This document shows, in pieces, positions 27,452 to 37,242 of a stretch of DNA of 64,000 bases. The notes under the pieces were generated by a model, which was given only the letters and a program-made list of their open reading frames with translations, searched no databases and was not told the origin of the DNA. Each line of letters begins with the position of its first letter. Positions within the stretch are counted from its first letter, which is position 1. The stretch is from assembly GCA_031272085.1 (NCBI GenBank), contig JAISUN010000005.1, positions 762-64,761 on the forward strand, read 5' to 3'. The position numbers were made by a program, and so were the translations under genes. The DNA comes from Dysgonamonadaceae bacterium (lineage in GTDB: Bacteria > Bacteroidota > Bacteroidia > Bacteroidales > Azobacteroidaceae).

Positions 27452-29176
27452 ATGAAACGAACAATTTTTTTGGTAATCGCGCTCGCAGCATTGGGCGCGA
27501 CAAACGGCGCAAAGGCGCAGGTAACGATAGGTTCTATGAAAACGCCGGAAGCATTTTCGATTTTGGAACTTATTTCTGACGGAAATCGTGGGTTGAGGCT
27601 GCCACAATTAAGCGACGCCGAAAAAGTTGCCGCTTTTGGGGCGGACAACGCTGTATTAATAACGGCAGGCCAGTCGGCAAAGGGTTTGCAGATTTTCAAC
27701 ACAACTACTCTTTGCGTGGAAACTTGGAACGGCATATCGTGGATTTCCAATTGTGATATGTGCGGCGATGCTCCTTGCCGGAAACTGTCTGCGCCTCTGG
27801 CAAGCAATCAAACTTTGTGTACAAGCGCAAAGATTTCGGATTTGGTTGCTGTGGGCGAAGAAGGCGCAACTTTAAATTGGTACAGCGCAGAAATGGGAGG
27901 CTCGCCCTTGGAGAGCACAAGGGCTTTGACAAACGGTGCAACTTATTATGTCTCGCAGGATAATGGCGTTGATTATGAAAGCGAGAGAACGCCCGTTAAA
28001 GTAACATTAAGCGGCTTGCCCGTCGCGCTTACCCTGACGCTTTCAGCAACAGACGAGCATTTGCGGTCGCAAAAAGCAAATGCCGGAGATACAAACTGTA
28101 CTGATTTGACTACGACTATTACTGCCACTGTAAACGACCCAAATGCCACACTTGTTTGGAGTATTGCAAAAAAACACAATTTGGCGACAATGGCGGATAT
28201 AAATGATGTGGCTTTTTTAAGCGGTACAACTGAGGCAGTAGCCGCCAATACAACCAAGTCGATACAACTTACGGCAAAAGACCTTGAATACTTTAATAAA
28301 AACACCGGCGCATATACTATTACGGTAACGGCAACCGCCTGTGGCTCTTGTTATACAAGCGCTAAAACGGTAACAAAAGATATTTCCGTAGGTTGCGGAG
28401 CGCGTGATATTACGGAAAATACTTGGCTTAAATTTATGTGTCATAATCTTGGGGCTGACCAAACGCTTGACCCGTTTGTATATTATAGTAAAGGAGATAC
28501 TGTTGGCTATGATATTAAGGGCGACCTTTATCAATGGGGGCGTTTTACAGATGGACACGAAAAACGTAGCAACGAGGAACATATCGAGGTGTTTGCTACA
28601 TCTGGGCGTCCTAGTGCTGCCCAATACAATGCTGCGGTAACTGCATATAAGGATATAGGTACTGAAATTCCTTACAAAAAATTTATTTATTATCTGAATA
28701 GTACATATTATGATTGGGTAAATAATACAGATATTACTGCTGATGAAAGCAAGTCGCGTTGGGGTGTTTGCAGCGGCGGTTCAGTAAGCAACACTATGCA
28801 CGACCCGAAAGCAAATAATGACCCTTGTCCTGATGGTTGGAAAGTACCTTCGATGGCACAATGGGGCAGTACCGTGAAAGAAGGTAGTAGTGCTATGGAT
28901 TGCAGTTCAAGTGCGACAACAGCCAACACATGGAGTCAGAAGGATTACGGTTATTATGTTGGAGCATCACTTTTCTTGCCATTTGCTGGCTATCGAACTG
29001 ATTCACATGATTCTTCTTGTGACGAAGATAGACATCTTGGTTGCTATTGGAGCAGTACGTGGAAAGGTACTGCTAATGCGTATAGTCTATATTTCTATTA
29101 CATATTTGGTAACATTGCTGTGGGTATGGCTCACGACCGGGCGAAAGGGAATAGCGTCCGTTGCGTTTCAGAATAA
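27452..29176 (+). CDS. Secreted protein: QVTIG N-terminal module, Ig-like domain(s) and C-terminal FISUMP (Fib_succ_major) domain
   Basis: Signal peptide AKA-Q. Ig-like LNWYS...TYYVSQ...ESERTPVKV. FISUMP motifs FMCHNLGA, GDLYQWGR, DPCPDGWKVPS, FLPFAGYR, YWSST, GNSVRCV. Confidence 0.85.
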   Translation: MKRTIFLVIALAALGATNGAKAQVTIGSMKTPEAFSILELISDGNRGLRLPQLSDAEKVAAFGADNAVLITAGQSAKGLQIFNTTTLCVETWNGISWISNCDMCGDAPCRKLSAPLASNQTLCTSAKISDLVAVGEEGATLNWYSAEMGGSPLESTRALTNGATYYVSQDNGVDYESERTPVKVTLSGLPVALTLTLSATDEHLRSQKANAGDTNCTDLTTTITATVNDPNATLVWSIAKKHNLATMADINDVAFLSGTTEAVAANTTKSIQLTAKDLEYFNKNTGAYTITVTATACGSCYTSAKTVTKDISVGCGARDITENTWLKFMCHNLGADQTLDPFVYYSKGDTVGYDIKGDLYQWGRFTDGHEKRSNEEHIEVFATSGRPSAAQYNAAVTAYKDIGTEIPYKKFIYYLNSTYYDWVNNTDITADESKSRWGVCSGGSVSNTMHDPKANNDPCPDGWKVPSMAQWGSTVKEGSSAMDCSSSATTANTWSQKDYGYYVGASLFLPFAGYRTDSHDSSCDEDRHLGCYWSSTWKGTANAYSLYFYYIFGNIAVGMAHDRAKGNSVRCVSE

Positions 29177-29212
29177 AACTTCATATCTTTAATTTATGCT
29201 TTTTAAACAAAT

Positions 29213-29491
29213 ATGGGGCTTATAGAACTGAAAGAAACCGCCCCCCATCGGTGGGAAGCCTGCTACGAAGGCCGGTACGGCCGCTATGCCATTTACGTAA
29301 ACGGCGACGGCAAAACTTTCACAGGGCAGCACTGCACCTGTCCGGATACCGACGAAGAATGTAAACATATAGAAATCGTGAAAGCGATTATCGCGTTCAA
29401 AAACGAGGCGGAACAGAAAAAGAGTTTGTATTCAAGGTTGTTATTATATATCCAAAAATTTGTTTTCAATAATTTTACAAAAGAGAATTAA
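29213..29491 (+). CDS. Small SWIM zinc-finger protein, possibly truncated
   Basis: CTC-x6-CKH SWIM motif in a 92-aa ORF. Confidence 0.6.
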   Translation: MGLIELKETAPHRWEACYEGRYGRYAIYVNGDGKTFTGQHCTCPDTDEECKHIEIVKAIIAFKNEAEQKKSLYSRLLLYIQKFVFNNFTKEN

Positions 29492-29626
29492 TTTACATAC
29501 CAATGTGTTAATTAGTTATCTGACCAATGCTCATCAAAAGTTTAGCCAGAACCTTTGTTTTTTTAGAAATTAGGGCAAAAATTCGCTATATCAATAAACT
29601 TATCATTTTATGCAAAAAAGCAGATT

Positions 29627-30319
29627 TTATTTTTCCCAAAAATACTTCTCGAAAACTTTTTCTAATTGCTTGATTATATTTTCTTTATTTGTCGGCTCTT
29701 TGCCTTGCAGAACCGATTTATTGTAAAATGCAACGCTTTTGTTTTGATTGTCGATAATCATTGCGTACAGCGTGGATATTGATTTGACCGGCGCTTGATA
29801 GACAGCGGCCGTTCCCATTGTCAAAATCCCGGTCAGGATTCCTATGCCGATTCCCTTTGCTACCTGACTGTTATAGTTTCCTTTTGCTCTTGTAAAGCCG
29901 CTTTGGACAATGATTAGCCCAAATCTTTTGCCGTTTGCCGTCAGCAAAGAATCAATCACGGGCGTAACCGGAAGATTTTTTATGTTCCTGTTGCGGTCGG
30001 CCGATAATATCAGGAAATGCAATTCGTTCTCCAACATTTCCCTGTCAATGGAATCGATTACTACGGCTTCCCCCGAAGCCAAATGAAGCCGTTCCCTGAA
30101 TATTTCCACTGATTCGTTCAATGCGCTTTTTGAGATGCTCGAAACAGAATCGCTGTATTCGCCCTGATTTCCTTTCTTAATGAGCGAAATATAGGCAAAC
30201 GGTTCTATTTTTAACATATCGGTTATTTCAACGGGTTTAACGTCGGAAGTCAAAAATTTCGACGTGGAGCAGGAGGTAAACAATACTGCCGCCAGCAAAA
30301 GTAAATTTACTTTTTTCAT
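29627..30319 (-). CDS. Hypothetical lipoprotein
   Basis: Lipobox FTSC; glycine-rich hydrophobic segment GIGIGILTGILTMG. Confidence 0.75.
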   Translation of the reverse strand: MKKVNLLLLAAVLFTSCSTSKFLTSDVKPVEITDMLKIEPFAYISLIKKGNQGEYSDSVSSISKSALNESVEIFRERLHLASGEAVVIDSIDREMLENELHFLILSADRNRNIKNLPVTPVIDSLLTANGKRFGLIIVQSGFTRAKGNYNSQVAKGIGIGILTGILTMGTAAVYQAPVKSISTLYAMIIDNQNKSVAFYNKSVLQGKEPTNKENIIKQLEKVFEKYFWEK

Positions 30320-30455
30320 AATACATTATTTTCCGGGGTTATTTCGACGCCAAAAATACTACTTATTTTTTATTTGGACAAATCATTTTGCGTAATTATT
30401 TAAAAAACTTTGTATTATTATCCTTGAACTAAATATCGTTTTATAAAGGCGCAAA

Positions 30456-30700
30456 ATGCTAAAAATCAACCGTTGGCGCATGCTTAGCGTTTTTGGGATT
30501 TTTGCCCGCCGTAATCCTCGGAAATATCCCTTTCAACTACGCCGATGAGCAAAGTAATGTACTTTACTTTGTGTATCAAGCAGTTATGAAGCAATTATTC
30601 GACGCTTATCTCGGTTCGCTGGCTTTCTCAATATTGTTTGTGCTGTCAGTCCGGACTGTCGGCATATACTTTATAAGAGGCGATTTATATTAAGATATAA
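30456..30700 (+). pseudogene. Frameshifted C-terminal remnant of an HGSNAT/DUF5009-like membrane acyltransferase
   Basis: Stitching frames gives ...YLGSLAFSILFVLS... then HILYKR then IYIKI-stop, resembling the family C-terminus GYILYKKKIYIKI. Confidence 0.45.
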
Positions 30701-30816
30701 AATCTATTAATTATCAGGCGTTTAAGATAATAAAATAATAATTTCCATTAGAAAATTTTGATATTGGAAAATAAAATATTATCTTTGCAAAATTAATTTT
30801 TAACTGTTTTTTTAAT

Positions 30817-31248
30817 ATGAAAAAGTATCTATTATTCCTCGCAATGACTGTGCTTTTTGCCTCCTGCGGAAAATCGCAAAATACGGCAAAAGACAGCACA
30901 TTTTTTATAATAATCATTGCGGCTATTGCTATTTATCTTATTTACAGACAAATAACAAATTCGCAAAGAGCAAAAAAAATCAGAAATATGATAAATTCGG
31001 AAGGCAAAACAATAGTTGTGGATGTGCGCACGCCGGATGAATTTCGAGGCAGGCATCTCGAAAATTCAATCAATATTCCGCTTGACAAAATTTCGTTATC
31101 GGCGGAAAAACTGCGTCAGTACGATAACGTTATCGTGGTATGTGTCAGCGGAATGCGCTCGGCGCAGGCAGCAGCAATTCTCAAAAACAAAGGGCTTGCA
31201 AACGTTGTAAACGGCGGTGGCTGGACAGACTTAATCGGAAAAATTTGA
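30817..31248 (+). CDS. Membrane-anchored rhodanese-domain protein
   Basis: Lipobox FASC, a TM helix, VDVRTPDEF..GRH and active-site CVSGMRS. Confidence 0.85.
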   Translation: MKKYLLFLAMTVLFASCGKSQNTAKDSTFFIIIIAAIAIYLIYRQITNSQRAKKIRNMINSEGKTIVVDVRTPDEFRGRHLENSINIPLDKISLSAEKLRQYDNVIVVCVSGMRSAQAAAILKNKGLANVVNGGGWTDLIGKI

Positions 31249-31285
31249 ACTTTTGAACATTTAAACTTTTAATCATAAAATAAAA

Positions 31286-32968
31286 ATGAAAACTGTAATC
31301 ATTGGCGGAGTTGCAGGCGGTGCAACGGCAGCGGAGCGTTTGAGGCGGCTCGACGAAAAGGCGGAAATAGTGATGCTGGAACGCGGCGGGTTTATCTCGT
31401 ATGCAAATTGCGGTTTGCCGTATTATATTGGCGGTGAAATCACCGATAAAGAAGAACTTACGCTGCAAACGCCCGAAAGTTTCAAGGCGCGTTTCAACAT
31501 CGACGTGCGGATAAATAACGAAGCGTTGTCGGTCAATTCAAAAGATAAAACTTTGACTGTCAAAAATTTACAGACAGGCAAAACCTATACGGAAAAATTC
31601 GACAAACTGATTCTTTCGCCCGGCGCGTCGCCAGCCCGTCCGCCCATCGACGGAATGAACAGCAAACGTGTTTTCACGCTTCGCAATATCCCTGATACTT
31701 ACGCGATTAAGAATTTTATCGATGCTGAAAAACCAAAATCGGCAGTTGTGGTCGGCGGCGGATTTATCGGCTTGGAAATGGCTGAAAATCTGCATAATGC
31801 GGGTTTGCAGGTGTCCATTGTCGAGTTTGCAAATCAGGTGCTTGCGCCGATTGATTTTGATATGGCTTGCGCTGTTCATCAGCATATCCGCTCGAAGGGC
31901 GTGGAACTTCTGCTCGGAAACGGCGTGAAAACGATTGTTGAAAACACCGATAAATCATTGATTGTCAATTTAATAAATGGCTCAATTTCTGCCGATATGG
32001 TAATTATGGCAGTCGGCGTGAAGCCCGACATCGCCTTTCTGAAAGACAGCGGAATTGCGCTGAACGAGCGCGGATACATCATTACCAACGAAAAAATGCA
32101 GACGAATATCGCTGATATTTACGCAGTTGGCGATGCGGTGGAAGTTGCCGATTTCATCACGCATCAAAAAACGATGGTTCCGCTCGCCGGTCCCGCCAAC
32201 AAACAGGGACGCATTGCGGCGGACGTAATTTGCAGTATTTCAAGTGCTTACACAGGAACGCAAGGTTCGTCCATTCTGAAAGTATTCGATTTGACGGTGG
32301 CATCCACCGGCGTTAACGAAAAGACAGCCAATCGGTTGGGGCTGAAATACGAAAAATCGTTTACCGTTTCGTCGAGCCACGCAGGTTACTACCCCGGCGC
32401 CTTGCCGATGACAATAAAAACGGTTTTCGACCCCGATAACGACAAAATTATCGGAATGCAAATAGTTGGATTTGAGGGAGTTGACAAACGTTGCGATGTC
32501 GTTGCGGCTGCAATTCGTTTCGGCGCTTCGGCACGCGATTTAACGCAACTTGAACTTTGTTACGCTCCGCCCTATTCTTCGGCGAAAGACCCTGTGAATA
32601 TGGCAGGTTACGTGATTGAAAATATTATCGCTTCCAAAGTAAAAATTTTCCATTGGCACGATGTTGAATCGCTTGATAAAGACAAAGTTACGCTGCTTGA
32701 CGTCCGCACCAAAGAGGAATTTTCGCTCGGCGCAATGCCAAATTTCAAAAACATTCCGCTCGACGAAATACGCGAGCGAATGTCGGAAATAGACCGGACA
32801 AAACCCGTTTATCTGACCTGTCAGGTGGGGCTTCGCGGCTATGTTGCGGCGCGTATTTTGTCGCAAAACGGCTTCGACGCCTGCAATTTGAGCGACGGTT
32901 ACGCGGTTTGGAAAAGCGTGATGGATGGCAGTTCGGAAATCAGGAAAACAACAAAGTATGGAAAATAG
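31286..32968 (+). CDS. CoA-disulfide/persulfide reductase with C-terminal rhodanese domain (CoADR-RHD)
   Basis: GGVAGG, SYANCGLPY redox Cys, GGGFIG, YAPPYSSAKD, rhodanese CQVGLRG. Confidence 0.9.
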   Translation: MKTVIIGGVAGGATAAERLRRLDEKAEIVMLERGGFISYANCGLPYYIGGEITDKEELTLQTPESFKARFNIDVRINNEALSVNSKDKTLTVKNLQTGKTYTEKFDKLILSPGASPARPPIDGMNSKRVFTLRNIPDTYAIKNFIDAEKPKSAVVVGGGFIGLEMAENLHNAGLQVSIVEFANQVLAPIDFDMACAVHQHIRSKGVELLLGNGVKTIVENTDKSLIVNLINGSISADMVIMAVGVKPDIAFLKDSGIALNERGYIITNEKMQTNIADIYAVGDAVEVADFITHQKTMVPLAGPANKQGRIAADVICSISSAYTGTQGSSILKVFDLTVASTGVNEKTANRLGLKYEKSFTVSSSHAGYYPGALPMTIKTVFDPDNDKIIGMQIVGFEGVDKRCDVVAAAIRFGASARDLTQLELCYAPPYSSAKDPVNMAGYVIENIIASKVKIFHWHDVESLDKDKVTLLDVRTKEEFSLGAMPNFKNIPLDEIRERMSEIDRTKPVYLTCQVGLRGYVAARILSQNGFDACNLSDGYAVWKSVMDGSSEIRKTTKYGK

Positions 32969-33344
32969 TAATTCCTTGCAGAACAACAAGTTGAAATTCT
33001 GTAAGATACGCGATGTTTACCGCTCAATATTGGAATTTGAGGCAAAATTTCAACAACAATCCGGCTTGAACTTGAACGAAGGTATGCTGCTCTGCACGCT
33101 CTCGGAAAAGGAACGCTGCACTTCGGGCGAAATTGCCGAAGCGATGGGCTTGACCTGTTCCAACTGCTCGAAAGTGATTGCAAATTTAGAGGTTAAAGGG
33201 CTGATTAAGCGCACTTTGGGCAGCGACGACAAGCGCAAAATGTATTTTTCGCTGACCACCGAAGGCAAAAAAACGCTCAACAATCTTAATTTGTGCAACA
33301 CAGATTTGCCGGAAAATTTGCTGAAAATTTTGCAGTTTTCCTAA
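32958..33344 (+). CDS. MarR-family regulator
   Basis: GEIAEAMGLTCSNCSKVIANLEVKGLIKR...DKR winged helix; Cys-rich. ATG at 32958 overlaps the CoADR end. Confidence 0.85.
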   Translation: MENSNSLQNNKLKFCKIRDVYRSILEFEAKFQQQSGLNLNEGMLLCTLSEKERCTSGEIAEAMGLTCSNCSKVIANLEVKGLIKRTLGSDDKRKMYFSLTTEGKKTLNNLNLCNTDLPENLLKILQFS

Positions 33345-33346
33345 CT

Positions 33347-34789
33347 TTATAACTCGTTAAGTAGCCCGACTTTACCTTCATCGACCAACTTCAAAACAAG
33401 TTCGCCGAAAAGGGTATTTGCCCACGCAAACCACGAGCGGGTAAAGCGTTCGGGATTGTTCCTGAAAAAACTTTCGTGCATAAAGCCCGTGCCTGCGTCC
33501 GTATAGCGCAAAGTGCGGATGCAATACTTTATTTCTTCGTCGCTATTGCTGGTCATTGCCCTCATTATCAGGCTCATAGGCCAAATCATTCCGATTCCGG
33601 CGTGAGGCCCGCCAATGCCTTCTGCGGCAGTTCCTTTGAAGAAATACGGATTGTCGTCGCTCCAAACAAACCGGCGGGTATTGAGGTAAACCGGCTCATT
33701 TTTGTCCACGCAGCCGAGATACGGCAACGAGAGCAAACTCGGAACATTGGAATCGTCCATAAACAGCCGGTTTCCGTATCCGTCGGCCTCGAAAGCATAG
33801 ATTTTCCCGTAATCGAGATGTTCGGCAACGGCATATTTTTCTATCGCCTGCCGTACTTCGTCGGCAAAATCGCTGCAAGTGCGGGCAAATGCCGTGTCGC
33901 CGGTAACTTTTTCCGATATTTCGGCGAGTTGTTTCAGGGAAACGACGGCAAAAAGATTCGAGGGAATCAGATAGCCGTAAATCGTGGCGTCGTCCGAGGG
34001 GCGGAAGGCTGAAAATATCATCCCGACCGGCTTTGCGGGATTTCCGTAACCTCCGTTCGACATTGTATCGGTTTGAGTTTCAGTCCTTCGCTGAAAACGG
34101 TAAGGGCCGGAATTTTCCTTCCGCTGCTGTTCGCGGAAAGTCTTGACTATCAGTGCGGCAGCCTTTTTCCAGTCGTCCGAAAAAACGGATGTATCGCCCG
34201 AAATTTTCCAGTAATGATAGGCTAACCTCACAGTGTAGCAAAGGGAATCGATTTCCCATTTCCGCTCGTGAAGTTCGGGTTTCATCGCAGTCCGGTCGGA
34301 AGCCCACTCGCTGCCGGTAGGCCCGTCGTTGAAAGCGTTTGCGTAGGGGTCGAGCAGCACGCAACGGGTTTGGCGGTTTACAACTCCGGCAATCAGCAGG
34401 CGCAAAGGCTCGTCATTTTTCATCAAATTGAGGTAAGGCCAGACCTGTGCGGCAGAATCGCGCAGCCACATTGCGTGAATGTCGCCCGTATAAACGAAAG
34501 TGTCGGGGCGGCCGTCCAAAATCCGGTAATGAACGGTAGTGTCGAGCGTGTTTGGAAAACAGTTCTCAAACATCCATGCCAACTTCTTGTCTTTCAGTTG
34601 CTTTTTAACTTTGACAATCGTTTCGTCCACTGCTTTTGAAACGAAATTACGCTGCCCTATTTCGGGGCGCAGGGATTTGTAATCTTCGCCCTGATTTTCG
34701 CCCGATATTTTCGGGAAACCCGGCATAGGAACGGTTAGCGCAGCCAGAGCCATTCCTCCTTTTTTAATGAAATTTCTACGGCTTAACAT
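33347..34789 (-). CDS. Glycoside hydrolase family 125 (exo-alpha-1,6-mannosidase-like) with Tat signal
   Basis: SRRNFIK Tat motif; TGDIHAMWLRDS, ERKWEIDSLC, FRPSDD, FTRSWFAWAN. Confidence 0.92.
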   Translation of the reverse strand: MLSRRNFIKKGGMALAALTVPMPGFPKISGENQGEDYKSLRPEIGQRNFVSKAVDETIVKVKKQLKDKKLAWMFENCFPNTLDTTVHYRILDGRPDTFVYTGDIHAMWLRDSAAQVWPYLNLMKNDEPLRLLIAGVVNRQTRCVLLDPYANAFNDGPTGSEWASDRTAMKPELHERKWEIDSLCYTVRLAYHYWKISGDTSVFSDDWKKAAALIVKTFREQQRKENSGPYRFQRRTETQTDTMSNGGYGNPAKPVGMIFSAFRPSDDATIYGYLIPSNLFAVVSLKQLAEISEKVTGDTAFARTCSDFADEVRQAIEKYAVAEHLDYGKIYAFEADGYGNRLFMDDSNVPSLLSLPYLGCVDKNEPVYLNTRRFVWSDDNPYFFKGTAAEGIGGPHAGIGMIWPMSLIMRAMTSNSDEEIKYCIRTLRYTDAGTGFMHESFFRNNPERFTRSWFAWANTLFGELVLKLVDEGKVGLLNEL

Positions 34790-34814
34790 ATTGTGTTTCT
34801 TTTATTTATGGTGA

Positions 34815-36110
34815 TTATTCTTCTTTTCCCTTATTTGTCATTATTTCTAAAATCATCCGGTCGGTTTCCAACATTCCGCTCGACGCGATGTGGGTAAGAT
34901 TGCGGATTGAACGGTCAACATCGTCGTCGATAATGCCTTCGACAGACTGAACGCATTTGTTTTCCATCGCCATCATTGCCGAAAAAACGGCGGTCGTTAC
35001 GCTGCCTGAAACTTTCAGCGAACATCCCGGTTTAGCGCCGTCACAGATGATTCCGGCTAAATTTGCAATCATATTTTTAACGGCAAAACAGATTTGCTCG
35101 TAAGTTCCGCCCATAAGATACGTAATTCCGCACGCAGAGCCGGTTGAGGCCACTATGCAGCCGCAGAGAGCCGACAGCCTTCCCATACTTTGCTTGATGT
35201 AAATCACGGTCAGATGGCTCAATGCGAGGGCGCGAATCAGCGATTCTTCGGATTGCATAGTTTCTTCGGCATATATTGCAACCGGCATCGTTGCTGTGAT
35301 TCCCTGATTTCCGCTGCCCGAATTGGTCATTACCGGAATCATCGCTCCGGCCATTCTTGCGTCGCAGGCCGAAGAGGTCGCAGCCAGAATTTTCGACAGC
35401 ATACTGTCGCCCATTATTGCTTTTTCGTAAATTCCGCGCATTGTGCGCCCCAGCGAGTGTCCGTAATTTTCTGCCAGCGCTTTTTCGGAGGCTTCGCGGT
35501 TCATTTTTGCCGATTCGAGGACGAAGCGGATTTCATCCAAAGGCGTTTCCATAGCGAAATCATACACTTTCCGGAGCTTGAGTTCGGGCGTTTCTTCGTC
35601 GTTTTCTGCCGATTTTACGGCCGTTTGGCTGAATAAAATTTCGCCATTCCGCTCAATTTCGGTTATCCGCGTATGTTCGGAGCAGACCGTCGCCTTGGCC
35701 GAATTTTCGCCTTTCGTGCAGACGGCTTCGATATAAAGTTTGTCGGGAGCGTTTTTGTCGAGCGAAATTTTTATTTTCCGGTCGGCAATCATTTTTTTTC
35801 CCGCTTCGAGCGAATCGGGAGTAATATCTTTCAGGACTTCCAGCCCGTATTCCGATTTTCCAATCAACGCGCCGAGCGCAATGGCTATCGGAAGCCCAAT
35901 CATTCCGGTTCCGGGGATTCCCACTCCCATCGCGTTTTTCAGAACATTGGCCGACATATTGACGGTAATTTTATCCGGGATTTGTCCGAGCGTTTCTTTG
36001 GCTTTGGCCACTGCAAACGCAACCGCAACGGGTTCGGTGCAGCCTATAGCGGGAACTACTTCCCTGTGTATCAGTCTGATAATGGCCTCTCGCTCTTTTT
36101 TATCAATCAT
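34815..36110 (-). CDS. L-cysteine desulfidase / serine dehydratase-alpha family (YhaM/CyuA-like)
   Basis: PAIGCTEP, NSGSGNQG, GRLSALCG, ICDGAKPGCSLK. Confidence 0.88.
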   Translation of the reverse strand: MIDKKEREAIIRLIHREVVPAIGCTEPVAVAFAVAKAKETLGQIPDKITVNMSANVLKNAMGVGIPGTGMIGLPIAIALGALIGKSEYGLEVLKDITPDSLEAGKKMIADRKIKISLDKNAPDKLYIEAVCTKGENSAKATVCSEHTRITEIERNGEILFSQTAVKSAENDEETPELKLRKVYDFAMETPLDEIRFVLESAKMNREASEKALAENYGHSLGRTMRGIYEKAIMGDSMLSKILAATSSACDARMAGAMIPVMTNSGSGNQGITATMPVAIYAEETMQSEESLIRALALSHLTVIYIKQSMGRLSALCGCIVASTGSACGITYLMGGTYEQICFAVKNMIANLAGIICDGAKPGCSLKVSGSVTTAVFSAMMAMENKCVQSVEGIIDDDVDRSIRNLTHIASSGMLETDRMILEIMTNKGKEE

Positions 36111-36128
36111 TTATATTTTAATTTTTCA

Positions 36129-36156
36129 TTCTCAATTCTCAATTCTCAATTCAAAA
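36129..36156 (+). repeat. Heptamer tandem repeat (TTCTCAA)x3 plus a degenerate unit
   Basis: Read directly in the lptG-cyuA spacer. Confidence 0.8.
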
Positions 36157-37242
36157 TTACCTCGGCGCTTTGCTGTAAAGATAAGCCGCAATGCCGGAAT
36201 ACAGGATATTCGGAATCCAGACGGCGACAAAAGCGCTCATATAGCCGTTTATCGCAAAGGTCGATGAAATCTGGATAAACAATATGTAGGAAAAACTCAA
36301 AAGCAGCCCCAATCCCAGATTCATCCCCATTCCGCCCTTAATTTTACGGATGCTCAACGAGGCTCCGATAACTGTCAGGATGAAAGCGGCAAAAGTCATC
36401 GCAAACCGCTTATGGTACTCAATTTCAAACGATTGGATATTGCCGATTCCCCGTTTTTTTTGGCGGTCGATGTAGGTTTTCAGGGCGACAGTGTTCAGCA
36501 ATTCTGCATCGTAAGGCGAAATCATAAAGTCGGAAGGAACAATGGTCAAAGTCGTGTCGAGTTTGTCGCCGACGGTAATCATCTGTTTCATTCCAACAAA
36601 GTCGCGAATCATATAATTGTTTATCGTCCAATGATATGCAGAATCGTAGGTAATGCTTCCGGCGGTCAGGCGGGAAACGAGTTCCTTGTCTTTGAAGCGT
36701 TCGAGCGAAACGCCGCGGCCAATTTTGCTTTCGAGCGAATAATAGTCGAAATGCGCTATCAGTCCGGGTTCCACTTCAATCTGTATATTGTCGTTGTAAT
36801 TTATTTGCTTGTTCCGGAAATTTTTATTCTGGAAATCTAACCTTATTTTATTTCCGTGAGGGATGACAAAACTGTTCAAAACAAAGGTCAGCAGCGTAAT
36901 TGCGGCAGCCGAAATCATATAGGGTTTCATCAGGCGTTTAAGGCTCATTCCGCTGGACTGCATCGCTATAATTTCGGAATTGTCGGCGAGTTTTGAGGTG
37001 AAAAATATTACTGCAATAAAGACGAACAGCGGGCTGAACGTGTTCATATAGTAAATTACGAAATTGAAATAGTAGTCGAAAACAATGGATTTGAGCGGGG
37101 TTGAGTGAAGTATGAACTTATCGAGGTTGGTATTTACGTCAATCATCACTGCAATAGCGATTATCAGCAGGATTGCGAAAATATACGTGCCAAGAAATTT
37201 CTTGATGATATACCAATCGATTATCGTAAGCCGCAGTTTCAT
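36157..37242 (-). CDS. LptF/LptG-family LPS export permease
   Basis: Start MKLRLTIIDWYIIKKFLGT overlaps the tgt stop. FFTSKLADNSEIIAM, WIPNI. Confidence 0.9.
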   Translation of the reverse strand: MKLRLTIIDWYIIKKFLGTYIFAILLIIAIAVMIDVNTNLDKFILHSTPLKSIVFDYYFNFVIYYMNTFSPLFVFIAVIFFTSKLADNSEIIAMQSSGMSLKRLMKPYMISAAAITLLTFVLNSFVIPHGNKIRLDFQNKNFRNKQINYNDNIQIEVEPGLIAHFDYYSLESKIGRGVSLERFKDKELVSRLTAGSITYDSAYHWTINNYMIRDFVGMKQMITVGDKLDTTLTIVPSDFMISPYDAELLNTVALKTYIDRQKKRGIGNIQSFEIEYHKRFAMTFAAFILTVIGASLSIRKIKGGMGMNLGLGLLLSFSYILFIQISSTFAINGYMSAFVAVWIPNILYSGIAAYLYSKAPR

